NCBI GenBank assembly: GCA_964576795.1
Contig: CAZNWT010000004.1
Coordinates: 35,707-99,706 of the forward strand
Direction: 5' to 3'
Source of the DNA: an uncultured Victivallales bacterium
GTDB lineage: Bacteria > Verrucomicrobiota > Kiritimatiellia > UBA8416
DNA length: 64,000 bases
The position numbers and the translations under genes are program-made. Below the pieces are notes generated by a model. The model was not told the DNA's origin. It did no database searches and saw only the letters and a program-made list of their open reading frames with translations. Shown one piece after another: positions 49,301 to 58,945 of the stretch (positions are counted from its first letter, which is position 1; each line of letters opens with the position of its first letter).

Positions 49301-49679
49301 GAATGCAAGTGACGATGATGAACGGTTTTTTCGAGTCGTGCTCGAGTAGTTGTTGAAGCACGCGGATGCGGTATCCCGCTATTTCAGGGTCATCGTTGGC
49401 TGTGGTGTCGGGGATGACGTCCCGCGGGGGGAAGTAGCCGATTTTGGGACTCTGTGCATGACGCAACGTGAGCAGGTTGCGATGGGCTTGATCAAGATTT
49501 TCTACTGAGTCGTGAACCCAGAGCAAGACACCGGGCTTGGTTGTTGTCAACGCAAGAATGGAGAGCGCTTCTGCCGATGGCGGCATGTCGGGGAGGTCAA
49601 CCACGTCACGATCTTTACACAACGCGTCTAGCGCCGTGGCAACTTTTTTGATGGCACTACGAATGTTCACTGCTAGCAA
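46377..49679 (-). CDS. mfd: transcription-repair coupling factor
   Basis: 1100 aa. UvrB-homology N-terminus, RNAP-interaction domain, DEAD/helicase motifs (GDAGYGKTEVA, DEEQRFG), TRG motif. Confidence 0.95.
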   Translation of the reverse strand: MLAVNIRSAIKKVATALDALCKDRDVVDLPDMPPSAEALSILALTTTKPGVLLWVHDSVENLDQAHRNLLTLRHAQSPKIGYFPPRDVIPDTTANDDPEIAGYRIRVLQQLLEHDSKKPFIIVTCIQALCQAVPSPEIISSQTLTFEVDGTCELETVPSQLLHLGYAFEAEVLAKGQSAVKGGLLDIWSPTDTWPIRIELFGSTIESIRRFDPKTQRSLEKCASVRISPAREWIHKQPTSQVPTTLLDYMTHSATVVWSEPGSIKTRASAHEALLHLDTPSSQVVLSFDAIQSTITSATRFQEIRIDPDNPVSLPSGFPRFFPIANSVEETGNRFDATHTEQTRGALISDLYARARKRHHVALYLDSTGSMTHFEETLARPTEKHIKPNLGVLSEGCDCPDLRLIIVAESDLYGRRKSLRLRYDPDAYRSRSRKYTGGRITDFTDMEPGDLVVHIDHGIGRYLGVQEITFNDQQQEVLAIAYADDAKLYVPMSHAHLLSRYVGLASRQTSLHRLGGTRWKNEKIAAQQSVLDLAAGLLEVQATRNLLQGHSFPPDTKWQHEFETAFPFQETEDQIQVIRNVKEDMESTRPMDRLICGDAGYGKTEVAMRAAFKTVQDGRQVAMLVPTTILAQQHFRTFTERMAGFPVRIGVLSRFSTAGMRAQLKDNLASGSIDIVIGTHAILQRGISFANLGLVIIDEEQRFGVHHKEHLKKMKRLVDVLTLSATPIPRTLYMSMTGARDMSLIQTPPRERMAIETIVANGENDIIRNAVLRELNRDGQVYYLHNRVMTIQRLRDKLAKLIPEARIEFAHGQMKSSELSQVMSRFAAGKFDVLLCTTIIESGLDIPRANTILIDRADRFGIADLYQLRGRVGRSRHKAYAYLLLPPHGFVDSDARERIHALRKHSGLGTGFNLAIRDMEIRGAGNILGAAQSGHISAVGFGLYCQLLKCSIARLKGEKQPLLVDTEMRLDFIQLNPSDENRGTAAYLPMHYISSERLRIAIYRRIAEANATTDIEALQQELEDRFGRMPLAVSRLLAVATMRILAAQRGIQLIEVRKRKIIIKRDGDYIKDAVHFPTLTSTAPDEQLEELRDAILNTIA

Positions 49680-49685
49680 CCTGTC

Positions 49686-49769
49686 GTCGGTCTTAAAGAG
49701 ACTACACGATTAATTGATTTCACGGTTCATCCTCATCATATTGCTTCTGCCTTGTTCATACAGGCTGCT
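49686..49769. repeat. ~85 nt intergenic repeat, copy B
   Basis: See copy A at 11361..11444. Located between the rpoN stop and the mfd start. Confidence 0.6.
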
Positions 49770-49780
49770 AATAAAGGATG

Positions 49781-51214
49781 TTAGTGGTATTTCCGGAGGT
49801 GGGAGGGCGGAATTTTCAGGACGATGCGATATTTTGCTACAGTTCTTCGAGCGACATCGACACCCGTCTGTTTGAGTTTTTCCATTATCGCTTGATCGGA
49901 TAATGGTTTATCGAGATCTTCTTCGGCGACAAGCTGTGCAATCATATCCTTGACGGACTTGTTAGAGATGGATGTACCATCTTGTGTCGTAATTCCAGGG
50001 GTAAAAAAGTATTTCAGCTCATAGGTGCCAATGGGGGTGCGCATATATTTCTGATTCACGGCACGACTCACGGTTGTTTCATGAACCCCTACAGCGTCTG
50101 CTACAGTGGACATGGTGAGTGGTTTGAGGTGCGATACGCCGTGTTCTAGAAAGTCATACTGAATTCGCACAATTTCGTCTGCGATCTTGTAAATGGTTTT
50201 TTGTCGCTGATCTATGCTCTTGATGAGGAACGTGCTCGCACGCAAGCGATCACGAATATATGACTTCACTTCTGCAGTGGTTTCTCGATTTTCCATAAGC
50301 CGACGGTAATGCCGACTGATTCTCAGGTGAGGGAGCTGGCTGTCGTTGAGAATAATAACATATTCCCCGTTAACCTTGCGGACGACGACTTCAGGTAGAA
50401 CATAGGACGCTACCTCTTCTGAGAATGCGCGTCCTGGTTTTGGGTCAAGCGAGTGAATTAGATTTTCAGCTTCCTTTATTTCCTCGACGGATACTTTTAA
50501 TGCCTTGGCAATGGCCTGAAGTTTGTGTGATCCGAGGCTCGTGAGGTAATCGCGAACGATATCCCCTGCAACGGTATCGGCCTTGCCGATGCGTTCCAGT
50601 TGAAGGAGGAGGCAATCCTGTAAGTCAGTGGCGCCGATACCGATAGGATTAAAATCCTGTATCACGAGCAGGATGTCCTGAAGATGTTCTTCGGTAAAAG
50701 GCAGGGAATCTGCCAGTTCGGTCATAGAAGAGGTAAGATATCCGTCGTCATTGATGCTGCCTATGATCATCTCTGCAATTTGTTGATCCTGCTCGCCGAG
50801 CGCGGTCATGTGCAGTTGCGTCATAAGGTGTTCTTGGAGGGACTCATGTTGCGGTAACGAATCCATAAGAAATTGGTGTTTCTTGTCGTCATCCGGTGAG
50901 TAGGGACGGTTGTCCAAATCCTGAAAGAAGTAGTCTCGCCACTCATCGTCAAGCTTCGCCATGACCTCGAACTCTTTGTCGAAATCCATTTCCGATTTAT
51001 CGTCAGGGGTATCACCGGGGTCGGCTTCAATCTCAAGCGTAGGTCCCTCAGGGGCTAGCTCTTCAAGGGTGGGGTTTTGCTCAATCTCTTTCTGAATCAT
51101 GGCACGCAGTTCCAGAATGGGAACCTGTAACATTTCCAGAGATTGGCGCAATTGGGGCGCCATAATCATTTGGAGACGTTGACTCTGAACCAAAGATAGG
51201 GTTTGACTTGGCAT
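49781..51214 (-). CDS. rpoN: RNA polymerase sigma-54 factor
   Basis: 477 aa. Gln/Leu-rich region I, core-binding region, C-terminal HTH and RpoN box (ARRTVAKYR). Confidence 0.95.
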   Translation of the reverse strand: MPSQTLSLVQSQRLQMIMAPQLRQSLEMLQVPILELRAMIQKEIEQNPTLEELAPEGPTLEIEADPGDTPDDKSEMDFDKEFEVMAKLDDEWRDYFFQDLDNRPYSPDDDKKHQFLMDSLPQHESLQEHLMTQLHMTALGEQDQQIAEMIIGSINDDGYLTSSMTELADSLPFTEEHLQDILLVIQDFNPIGIGATDLQDCLLLQLERIGKADTVAGDIVRDYLTSLGSHKLQAIAKALKVSVEEIKEAENLIHSLDPKPGRAFSEEVASYVLPEVVVRKVNGEYVIILNDSQLPHLRISRHYRRLMENRETTAEVKSYIRDRLRASTFLIKSIDQRQKTIYKIADEIVRIQYDFLEHGVSHLKPLTMSTVADAVGVHETTVSRAVNQKYMRTPIGTYELKYFFTPGITTQDGTSISNKSVKDMIAQLVAEEDLDKPLSDQAIMEKLKQTGVDVARRTVAKYRIVLKIPPSHLRKYH

Positions 51215-51366
51215 TGTGTTTACTTTCGATCTAATATGACCCCCAATTTACTTGGCCTCTGTTCGTGGGTCGAGCTTAATGCACGTTCGAATTGTTCGTT
51301 TGGGCCTTGTCCTGACTGCAATTGCGAATTCTATACGGTTTTTTGATGGGAGAGGGTGTTCTAAAC

Positions 51367-52152
51367 ATGGCTTTACGACTGTGTGTGCTTGCAAGCGGGA
51401 GTTCGGGAAACTGCATTTATGTGGGTTCTGAGAACACAAATATTCTGATTGATGCAGGAGTCAGTGGTAAGGCGACGGTAGAGCGTCTTACGGAGATTGG
51501 TGTGTCTCCCGAATCGCTTGCTGCAATTTGTCTTACGCATGAGCATGACGATCACAAAGCGTCCCTACATGTTTTGCACCGTCGTTTCGGCATGGGGGTC
51601 TACGCAAACTCGGGAACGATTGAAGCCCTTGCACACAATCCGAAGCTCTCTGGGCTCCCGTGGAATGTGTTTACAACGGGCCAGCCTTTCGAAATTGGTG
51701 ATTTGGTCTTGGAACCGTTTCGGGTGCCCCATGACTCCTACGATCCCGTGGGTTTTGTTGTGCGGTGTGGTACGGCACGTATTGGTGTGGCTACAGACAT
51801 GGGGATGGCAACTGAACTTGTGCGTCAACGGCTGCGTAACTGTGGGGCGTTGGTGCTGGAGTCAAATCATGATGAGACGATGCTTCAAGATTCGGAGCGT
51901 CCCTGGGCTTTGAAACAACGTATTGCGGGTAGGCAAGGGCACCTTTCAAATGCGAAAGCAGGGAGCCTTCTTCTTGACGTTGCCGGGGATTCACTACAGA
52001 CGGTTTTTCTTGCGCATCTGAGTCGAGATTGCAATACACCATCGTTGGCGTTGCGCACGGTTAAGCAGGTGCTTCATCAGGGGGGGCTGTCCCATGTGGA
52101 TATCAAAATGACCCATGCCAGCAGGATCAGTGATTTGGCCACTGTGGTGTGA
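51367..52152 (+). CDS. MBL-fold metallo-hydrolase
   Basis: THEHDDH motif, beta-lactamase fold. ATG at 51367 chosen over the track start. Confidence 0.75.
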   Translation: MALRLCVLASGSSGNCIYVGSENTNILIDAGVSGKATVERLTEIGVSPESLAAICLTHEHDDHKASLHVLHRRFGMGVYANSGTIEALAHNPKLSGLPWNVFTTGQPFEIGDLVLEPFRVPHDSYDPVGFVVRCGTARIGVATDMGMATELVRQRLRNCGALVLESNHDETMLQDSERPWALKQRIAGRQGHLSNAKAGSLLLDVAGDSLQTVFLAHLSRDCNTPSLALRTVKQVLHQGGLSHVDIKMTHASRISDLATVV

Positions 52153-52220
52153 GGTATGGGTAAATGGGGAAATCTGAAATCTGAAATTGGTGAATGGGAG
52201 CGTGTTGGGCTGCAGTCTGC

Positions 52221-53900
52221 TTAGGCATTCAAGGGTTGCCGTGTGCGTGCTAGGCTGCGGGCATCAATCATTGCGCGAATGAGACGCGTTGGGGAGTCTG
52301 ATTCTGCAACGAATACAACATCATCCGAGAGCGGGGGATTGCTTTCGGTGTGATCTACCTCAACAACGATTCCTGCTTGTGGGCAGAGTTTTGTAATTGC
52401 TCTCAGGAGGCCAATGTACTCGTCACCGAGTGATTTGTGGCTCAGGATGATCACGGATAGATTTGATCCCCGTTCGATTCGAGACAGAATGTTGATGATA
52501 CCTTGTGTGCATTCTACGGTAACGTCGCAACGTTCGAGGTAGCGCTGTAGGCTGTCGACTGACTTAAGATCCCGTGACATGAGAACATTCCAATTCGTAA
52601 TGTATGCTTCCAGCCCCAGAGAGATCTCATCTGAGGACATGTCCATTTCATCGCTTGCAGCGAAAGGAAGGCAGACCCGATAGACCGGGATTCCCGAGTG
52701 GCTTCTGAAGCAGTCGAGTCGTCCGCCTGTTTGCAACAGCATTGAGGCCACAACAGATTCAATGAGTCCAATTACACCTGTATCCTGTGGTCGAAGGGCC
52801 GGTATATCAATGGAGGACATGGGCGCTGCTGCCACCGTAATGATTCCCGCGAATGTTTCTTCTGTATGGCGCAGCCCCGTTTCTTGTGGGATGCCGAGAT
52901 CAATGGATAACACGCTTTCCTTATCGTATATGTCGGCAGCCAGTAGGCCGAGACCGTGTACGATGTGCTCAATTTGTATGCCCGTGAGGTTGATCGGTGG
53001 GATGTTTTGATCAATGTCACGTACAATATTCCATGTTGATGCAAGATCTGTGGCGAGGGAATCAATGGCGGTATCCACGTAGGCGGCAGGGTGAGCTGCA
53101 GACGGTTGTTGTCCCTCAGTTGAGACGGAAAGTTCCAGAAGGCGCCCAGCTAAATGAATGCCACGGTTAGCACATTCAGTGATGGCATCTGCCGAGTGTC
53201 GCACCATGGTTGTGTCGAAGGTTGAACGCGTGATGAGTGATGCATGCCCTGAAATCCCGCAGAGTAAGTTGTTGAAATCATTGGCGACTCCCTGGGCAAT
53301 ATGCCCCACGAGTTGCAGGTAGGCGGCGCGACGGTGGCGTGTACGGGTGCCCGAAAGTTTTGTGACATCACTTACGATAACCAACGTTGCGCCTTTTGAG
53401 GGTTGTGAGCGAAATCGGAGTGTGTTTGGGTGTCCTGCGTTGTCGAATGTGCACTCGACCTCTTCAGGCTGCGTTCCCTGGAGTAGAAGTTCGATGTTCT
53501 GGTCGGTTAGATCAACATGGATGTCGTGAAGGGAATAACCTGAATTGGCAGGCACATTTAGCATTTCACGAGCGGTGGGATTCATTCCGGTGATGTTGCC
53601 TTGCCGATCAACAGATAGGACACCATCACGGATATAGGTCATTGCGTCAACGACACTTCCCAATCGGCGCAGGCTTTCTGCTTCTGCCGAGAAACGAATG
53701 GCCCACACCGCGAAAGCGGCTGAGATCAGCATAAGCCCAAATGTGAGGGTGCAGAGGACCGCGATGATAACAGGGCGCTCGACTTCGTCCACGAGCGGTT
53801 CAATATGGTTGATTGTGGCCTGTGTTGCGAGAGCCGCTATTGCAAAGAGTACAATGAGTAGGAACGCGTAACGCCAGCTATCTTTCGGCAAAGCCTGCAT
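52221..53900 (-). CDS. membrane PAS sensor histidine-kinase-like protein with degenerate H-box (His replaced by Asn) and degenerate ATPase motifs
   Basis: Two TM helices, PAS-like segment, DHp-like AQGVANDFNNLL where the canonical form is AHDFNNLL. Weak G1/G2 boxes, no N-box Asn. Confidence 0.6.
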   Translation of the reverse strand: MQALPKDSWRYAFLLIVLFAIAALATQATINHIEPLVDEVERPVIIAVLCTLTFGLMLISAAFAVWAIRFSAEAESLRRLGSVVDAMTYIRDGVLSVDRQGNITGMNPTAREMLNVPANSGYSLHDIHVDLTDQNIELLLQGTQPEEVECTFDNAGHPNTLRFRSQPSKGATLVIVSDVTKLSGTRTRHRRAAYLQLVGHIAQGVANDFNNLLCGISGHASLITRSTFDTTMVRHSADAITECANRGIHLAGRLLELSVSTEGQQPSAAHPAAYVDTAIDSLATDLASTWNIVRDIDQNIPPINLTGIQIEHIVHGLGLLAADIYDKESVLSIDLGIPQETGLRHTEETFAGIITVAAAPMSSIDIPALRPQDTGVIGLIESVVASMLLQTGGRLDCFRSHSGIPVYRVCLPFAASDEMDMSSDEISLGLEAYITNWNVLMSRDLKSVDSLQRYLERCDVTVECTQGIINILSRIERGSNLSVIILSHKSLGDEYIGLLRAITKLCPQAGIVVEVDHTESNPPLSDDVVFVAESDSPTRLIRAMIDARSLARTRQPLNA

Positions 53901-53905
53901 GTATG

Positions 53906-55726
53906 CTATTCACCGAACTGGTTGTCTTTGTCTTTGTCTTCGCGTTCGCGATCTTTGGCTGCTTCTTCGTCCTCGTGTTCCCGCTCGGCCTTGGCGGCCT
54001 GGCGCAACAGTTCGATTTCCTTGTCGTGGGTACGCTTTCGGGATTCCAACTGAATGAGACGCTTGTGAATCAATTCGCCACGCTCTGGGATTCCTTGTTC
54101 GTTGTCAAGATTGTGGGGATTAGCCAGCGTGAGCGTAACAAAGATAATGGTCTCAATCTGACTTTTAACTTCCTTTGTATGAGAAAAAAGATACTTTCCG
54201 ATCAGCGGGATATCACCTAATAGTGGGACTTTGGTGGTTTCTTTACTGTCCGTCGTGTCTGTCAGGCCACCAATGGCTACGGTCTGTCCGCTTTTCAGAG
54301 TGAAGCGCGTTTTAATTTCTTTAACGGATATGATGGGCCATGAGTTACCCTCCACCTCTTTGGTTCCGGTTTGGCGTCGCAGCGAGGGTTCAATCTGAGC
54401 TTCGATGAGGCCATCTGTCTTTACAGTGGGAATGACCTTGAGCTCGATGCCTGTTTGGAGATATCCGTCTTTGATGTAGTCTGTACTAATGGAGGTGTCT
54501 AGGTTTGCCGTGATCTCATCCCCAGGACTGTCTGTGGTTCCTTGCTTGATGGTCTTTTTGATAATGGGGTTTCGTGATCCCACGCGGAAGAAAGCGTTGG
54601 TGGCCCCGTTGGCGATAATAATCTTGGGGTTTGAGATGGTGCTGACACCTTCCGTTTCGTTCAGTGCGCTGATCACAATATCCATGGCATCAATGTTGAG
54701 AATAGCCGCGCCACTCTCGCTGATGGTTCGTGTGAATGTGTCACTGATGTCGGAGGTAGCATCGCTGCCGATTGTCAGCGCATTGTTGATCGTGCGAGTA
54801 GGATCGGTAGATGTGGTTTGAGCAAATGTGCCATCTGGACGTTCAACGTACGCAACTGTTTGAACTTGATATTGGCCGCCATACTGGTCGTATAGACCGT
54901 TCTGCCCGCTGATCGAGCTCTGATTTCGATTTTGAGCGAGTCCGTCTGATCGGGATTGTACGCGTTCGGAAGTTGAGCCATAGGTAAAGGGCCCCGCTTC
55001 AGCACTCACGCCAAATTCTCCGAGTGAGCTCCATTTGATTCCGAGTTGGTGGATTGCAGAGTCGTTTAGCTCCATAAACTGCGCCTCGACACAGACCTGT
55101 TTGCTTTCAATATCAATTGCCTTTAGGACTTGCTCAATTTCGGCAAGATTGTTTTCAGTAGTTTGTATGACCAGAGCGTTTCTAGAAGCGAATGTCGATA
55201 TTGAGCCGGGTGCCGGGATCATTTTCTGAATGACAGGAGAGACTTGGCCAACGGTTGTGTATTCAAGGAAGATGGTTTCAACGACAAGCGGCTCGGGGGC
55301 ATTGGGCTGTTTTGGCATAATGCTGTAGACGCCAGATCCTGCCGGTTTCTCAATAAGGGCTAGGTTGTGCATGGCGAGAATAGAGGAGAGCGCCGGTTTC
55401 CACTCGACACCATCCAAGTTGGCCGTGACCCGGGCATTAAGATTAGAGGGTGTTGCAATGATATTGGCATGAGAGATGCGACTGAACATTCGTACAACGT
55501 CGATCATTTCGACATTATCGAGCGAAATGGTGATGAGGTTTTCACCCCAATCGCTCGGTCCGGCTTCTGCTCCTTCAACGGGGGCCGTGTCGGTGGGTAA
55601 TGCAATGAAAGCCGTATCTTTGGCTGCATTGGTGGTTACTTCCGTTACGTCAACAGTTTCCTGTATTTGTGCAAATACGGAACTTGATACGATAAACAAG
55701 GTGAGAACAGGTACAAGTAACTTCAT
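53906..55726 (-). CDS. pilQ: type IV pilus secretin PilQ
   Basis: 606 aa. Signal peptide, N-domains, C-terminal secretin domain (VPLLGDIPLIGKYLF), charged Glu/Asp/Lys tail. Confidence 0.85.
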   Translation of the reverse strand: MKLLVPVLTLFIVSSSVFAQIQETVDVTEVTTNAAKDTAFIALPTDTAPVEGAEAGPSDWGENLITISLDNVEMIDVVRMFSRISHANIIATPSNLNARVTANLDGVEWKPALSSILAMHNLALIEKPAGSGVYSIMPKQPNAPEPLVVETIFLEYTTVGQVSPVIQKMIPAPGSISTFASRNALVIQTTENNLAEIEQVLKAIDIESKQVCVEAQFMELNDSAIHQLGIKWSSLGEFGVSAEAGPFTYGSTSERVQSRSDGLAQNRNQSSISGQNGLYDQYGGQYQVQTVAYVERPDGTFAQTTSTDPTRTINNALTIGSDATSDISDTFTRTISESGAAILNIDAMDIVISALNETEGVSTISNPKIIIANGATNAFFRVGSRNPIIKKTIKQGTTDSPGDEITANLDTSISTDYIKDGYLQTGIELKVIPTVKTDGLIEAQIEPSLRRQTGTKEVEGNSWPIISVKEIKTRFTLKSGQTVAIGGLTDTTDSKETTKVPLLGDIPLIGKYLFSHTKEVKSQIETIIFVTLTLANPHNLDNEQGIPERGELIHKRLIQLESRKRTHDKEIELLRQAAKAEREHEDEEAAKDREREDKDKDNQFGE

Positions 55727-55770
55727 CTATAACACTCCATTTATTGTCACGCTTATCTGTTTCTACGTCA

Positions 55771-56214
55771 TTATTTCGATTTGTGCAAGGTCGACATGCG
55801 TTCGTGCACATTCAATCGTGTTCGCGAAATCCCACTATTACTAATGGTGTTGATTTTCCAACGATAGATGAGGCCGTTGTGCTCCATGGAGATAACATCC
55901 CCGGGTTCGACAATGCCAATGCCCTCAATGATGCAGATAAAGTTGCCTTGGGATGTCTGCGAGACACCGCGCAGTTCAAGTTTTGGCCAACTTAGACGTT
56001 CGTGTATGCGAGATTCCTTTTCCTTTTCCTTGTCCTGCTTTTCGGATTTGGGCGTGGGATGGAATCCAACGGGCCAGAAGGGATCCCGCATGGTGATGAG
56101 GGCGTTGTTTGTTGTGGTATTGGCGGGGGATGCCTCCGGCGTTGGAGCCGCAAACAGCATCCAAACCGGAAGGAGCAGCGCAGTGAGGGTTAGGTGTTGG
56201 ACGCACAGCTTCAC
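55771..56214 (-). CDS. pilP: PilP-like pilus assembly lipoprotein
   Basis: 147 aa. Signal peptide, RDPFWP motif, C-terminal beta-domain. ATGA overlap with pilO. Confidence 0.55.
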   Translation of the reverse strand: MKLCVQHLTLTALLLPVWMLFAAPTPEASPANTTTNNALITMRDPFWPVGFHPTPKSEKQDKEKEKESRIHERLSWPKLELRGVSQTSQGNFICIIEGIGIVEPGDVISMEHNGLIYRWKINTISNSGISRTRLNVHERMSTLHKSK

Positions 56215-56870
56215 AGCTTCTCCTTATCTGAAAGATGTTCAGCAGCTAATTGTATGGAGTGTGTCGGAGCATTCCATATGGGCCATTGAATATCAAAACT
56301 GACAGCATGGCTTTCGGGTGTTTGTGTATTTTCAATCACCCCAAGACGGGTGATGCATAGATAAGGATTGTCTTCCTCAAGAGCGCGAACAAGCTGTACG
56401 AGATCAGCAAGTCCACATGCAAGACTTACATTTACGGCGTATGGCATGAATCGAGGGGCATTTGGATTTGTTGTGACGCCTGTGCGGGGCATGTTTTTTC
56501 TGGCAATCGTCTCGTTGATTTTATCAATTTTCAAGTTGAGTGCATCGGCACGAGACTCCACGATATCTGAAGCCACAAGGAGATAGTTGCCTAGGCTTGG
56601 CCGGAGGATCTGTCGTTTAACCTCTGAGATATCAAGAATTTGCTCCAACGTCTCGCAGTTCTGCTTGAGGTTGATTGGGATCATGTTGATATCATTTTTC
56701 CCGCGCCATAGTAAGTCCTCTAATTCGGTGATACGGGCGCTGGTTGCCCGTTGCTTTGCAAGAAGCGGGCTCAGGCCAAAGCTGTAGGCAACGTATCCGA
56801 CTCCAATAACGGCAATCCCAATAATCATAAGGATCTTGGTGCGCTCGGCTTTGTCGGTAGGCAACTTCAT
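56211..56870 (-). CDS. pilO: PilO-like inner-membrane pilus assembly protein
   Basis: Single TM helix plus coiled coil. Start set at the ATG overlapping the pilN stop. Confidence 0.6.
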   Translation of the reverse strand: MKLPTDKAERTKILMIIGIAVIGVGYVAYSFGLSPLLAKQRATSARITELEDLLWRGKNDINMIPINLKQNCETLEQILDISEVKRQILRPSLGNYLLVASDIVESRADALNLKIDKINETIARKNMPRTGVTTNPNAPRFMPYAVNVSLACGLADLVQLVRALEEDNPYLCITRLGVIENTQTPESHAVSFDIQWPIWNAPTHSIQLAAEHLSDKEKL

Positions 56871-57496
56871 TGGGTTGTCTCCTCGGGACGTTTGCGATAT
56901 TGGCACTCAATCCGAAATACCCGATCAAACTCCCCCGCAGATGTGCTTATGTCGGCTCCGTAATTGGCCACGGCAACCGCCTCTACTATTCCTGTTGTAG
57001 CAGGGTGTGTTTCAAGGCGATGTTTGAAGCTCTCGACGAACAGCATGGCCCGTTCTCCACTTGTTTTGCCTTCTAAATTCAGTGTGAATTTCCGGGTGGG
57101 GGGGCTGGCTGGGGCAGCGGCATTACGATTCGCGGCGATGACGAGCATTGTTGCTTGAATGGAGGTAGGTGCTGTCTCCATGACCGCCCTTAGCTGTTGA
57201 TGCCACTCAATGCGGCTGGTTTTCCATGCATCCAATTCTGTAGCCGTCTGCATGTTGTAATGCAACCGTTTGGAAAGTTTGAGAGATTGCTTCTGTTTGG
57301 GCTCGGCCGATTCCCAGCGACTTTCCAAAACGCGGAGTCGACTTGAGGTGAGCATGCCCTTAAGGGCGAGGTGACCCATGGCAAAGATAATTAGAGTAGG
57401 CAAGATGATAGCGCCAATACGTGAGAGTGATTTGACGTTTATGGCGCTAGCGCTGCGACGTTCTTCAGGCGTAATGAGATCAACGCTTAGGCTCAT
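56867..57496 (-). CDS. pilN: PilN-like inner-membrane pilus assembly protein
   Basis: Single TM helix (IGAIILPTLIIFAMG) plus periplasmic domain. ATG overlaps the pilM stop (ATGA). Confidence 0.6.
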   Translation of the reverse strand: MSLSVDLITPEERRSASAINVKSLSRIGAIILPTLIIFAMGHLALKGMLTSSRLRVLESRWESAEPKQKQSLKLSKRLHYNMQTATELDAWKTSRIEWHQQLRAVMETAPTSIQATMLVIAANRNAAAPASPPTRKFTLNLEGKTSGERAMLFVESFKHRLETHPATTGIVEAVAVANYGADISTSAGEFDRVFRIECQYRKRPEETTQ

Positions 57497-58491
57497 GAGG
57501 CCTCCAGTACAGCAAGGGCAGCTCCAATGGCAGCTCCCAATCGCCAATGTTGATCTTCGATCTCGGGGGCGAGAGCCTGTGGTGCTATGGTCAATCCTTC
57601 AAGAGGATTCCAAACTGCAATGTCGACACTCAGGGCCTGTTCGATTTCTTGCATGGCCGCTTTGGACAAGGCAACACCGCCAGTTGCTAATAGCTTGATG
57701 TCGCTGCAATTTTCTCGCCGCTCGATGAAGTCCCTTGAAACCACAAACTGGTTTATGACCGGGTTCATAATATCGCCCAGTAATTCTGAAACGTCGAACG
57801 CACTATCGGCGAGAATGCCTTGCGCGGTCTGGGTGTCAACATGAAGGGCTGTCTCCACACGCTCAAATAGACTTCGAGTACCAAAGTCGAACTGCCGCAT
57901 TAGGACGAGGCTTCCGCGGTAAAAGAAAGAGAGGGTGGTTTTGGTGGTTCCAAAATCAATCAGGCCGATCGCTTGTCCGTGTGCATTGGCAACAGGGCCA
58001 TATTCGAAGGCGGTTAGAGCGGAGAGGGAGGCAATTTCAAGACTTTGGGGCACGGGTATGCCTGAAGAAAAGTGCTGTAAGAGTGGATCTGCTGTAGCAT
58101 GGTCAAGAGAGACGGCAAGTGCCCGGGATTCAACCCGCCCCTGGCCTTCCGTAATGAGGCGGTAAGAAATGCGGGAATCATCCTCATCATTCAGCCCGAG
58201 ACTTTTTCGCAAACGTGCTTGGAAGGCGCTGTCGATTGCGCCTGGAAATGTTAGAAGCTTGGTGATGGCATGACCACGACTGGTCGTGATCCCCGCGTAG
58301 TGTGCTCGTACACGGGGTGGAATCACAAGATCACCAGCACTGGGAGGGAGTATCTCGGCTGCTACAAGTTGGACATCAGTGCCCGCGTTGCGTAACCGTA
58401 CGAGTTTCGTTGTCGCAGTGCCAAAGTCGATTCCTACGCAATCTACAGGGCCACGTTTCAAGCCATCAATAATTGTTTTAAATGATTTCAT
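57493..58491 (-). CDS. pilM: type IV pilus assembly ATPase-fold protein PilM
   Basis: 332 aa, actin/FtsA-like fold (GIDFGTATTKLV). Confidence 0.85.
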   Translation of the reverse strand: MKSFKTIIDGLKRGPVDCVGIDFGTATTKLVRLRNAGTDVQLVAAEILPPSAGDLVIPPRVRAHYAGITTSRGHAITKLLTFPGAIDSAFQARLRKSLGLNDEDDSRISYRLITEGQGRVESRALAVSLDHATADPLLQHFSSGIPVPQSLEIASLSALTAFEYGPVANAHGQAIGLIDFGTTKTTLSFFYRGSLVLMRQFDFGTRSLFERVETALHVDTQTAQGILADSAFDVSELLGDIMNPVINQFVVSRDFIERRENCSDIKLLATGGVALSKAAMQEIEQALSVDIAVWNPLEGLTIAPQALAPEIEDQHWRLGAAIGAALAVLEAS

Positions 58492-58945
58492 TCGTACTTT
58501 ATTTCTTAATGGCCGTCATTAGACGTGATTTTTGATCGAATCACAAGAAAATAGACCCTTGTCTGGTGATCCGTTGTGTAAGAGGACTCGATTGTCGCTA
58601 GCATTGGGTTTACAAAATTCCATTTTGACTCTTCACTAGGCTCATTTCTTGTCGCTTAAAAAAACACGATGCATGCCAAGGTGTCGGAAGTCATTGATTG
58701 AATAGGGGCAGTTTGGTTGGGTGCGAGGGGGGCTAATGTGGTTCTAATAAAAAGGTTTGAGGGTACGTTCTGATTTCGTGACCTATGATGAACGCAATTG
58801 AATGGTATCGAGATCATTTGGATTCCTCATTTTTTATAGACACGAGTTCTCTGTTATGACAAAATCGTCATCAGATGAAGATGAGGATAGTTGCAAAGTT
58901 GTCCCTCTGTAGGTGGAGATTAAGCGTTTGACAAATCAGAATGAT

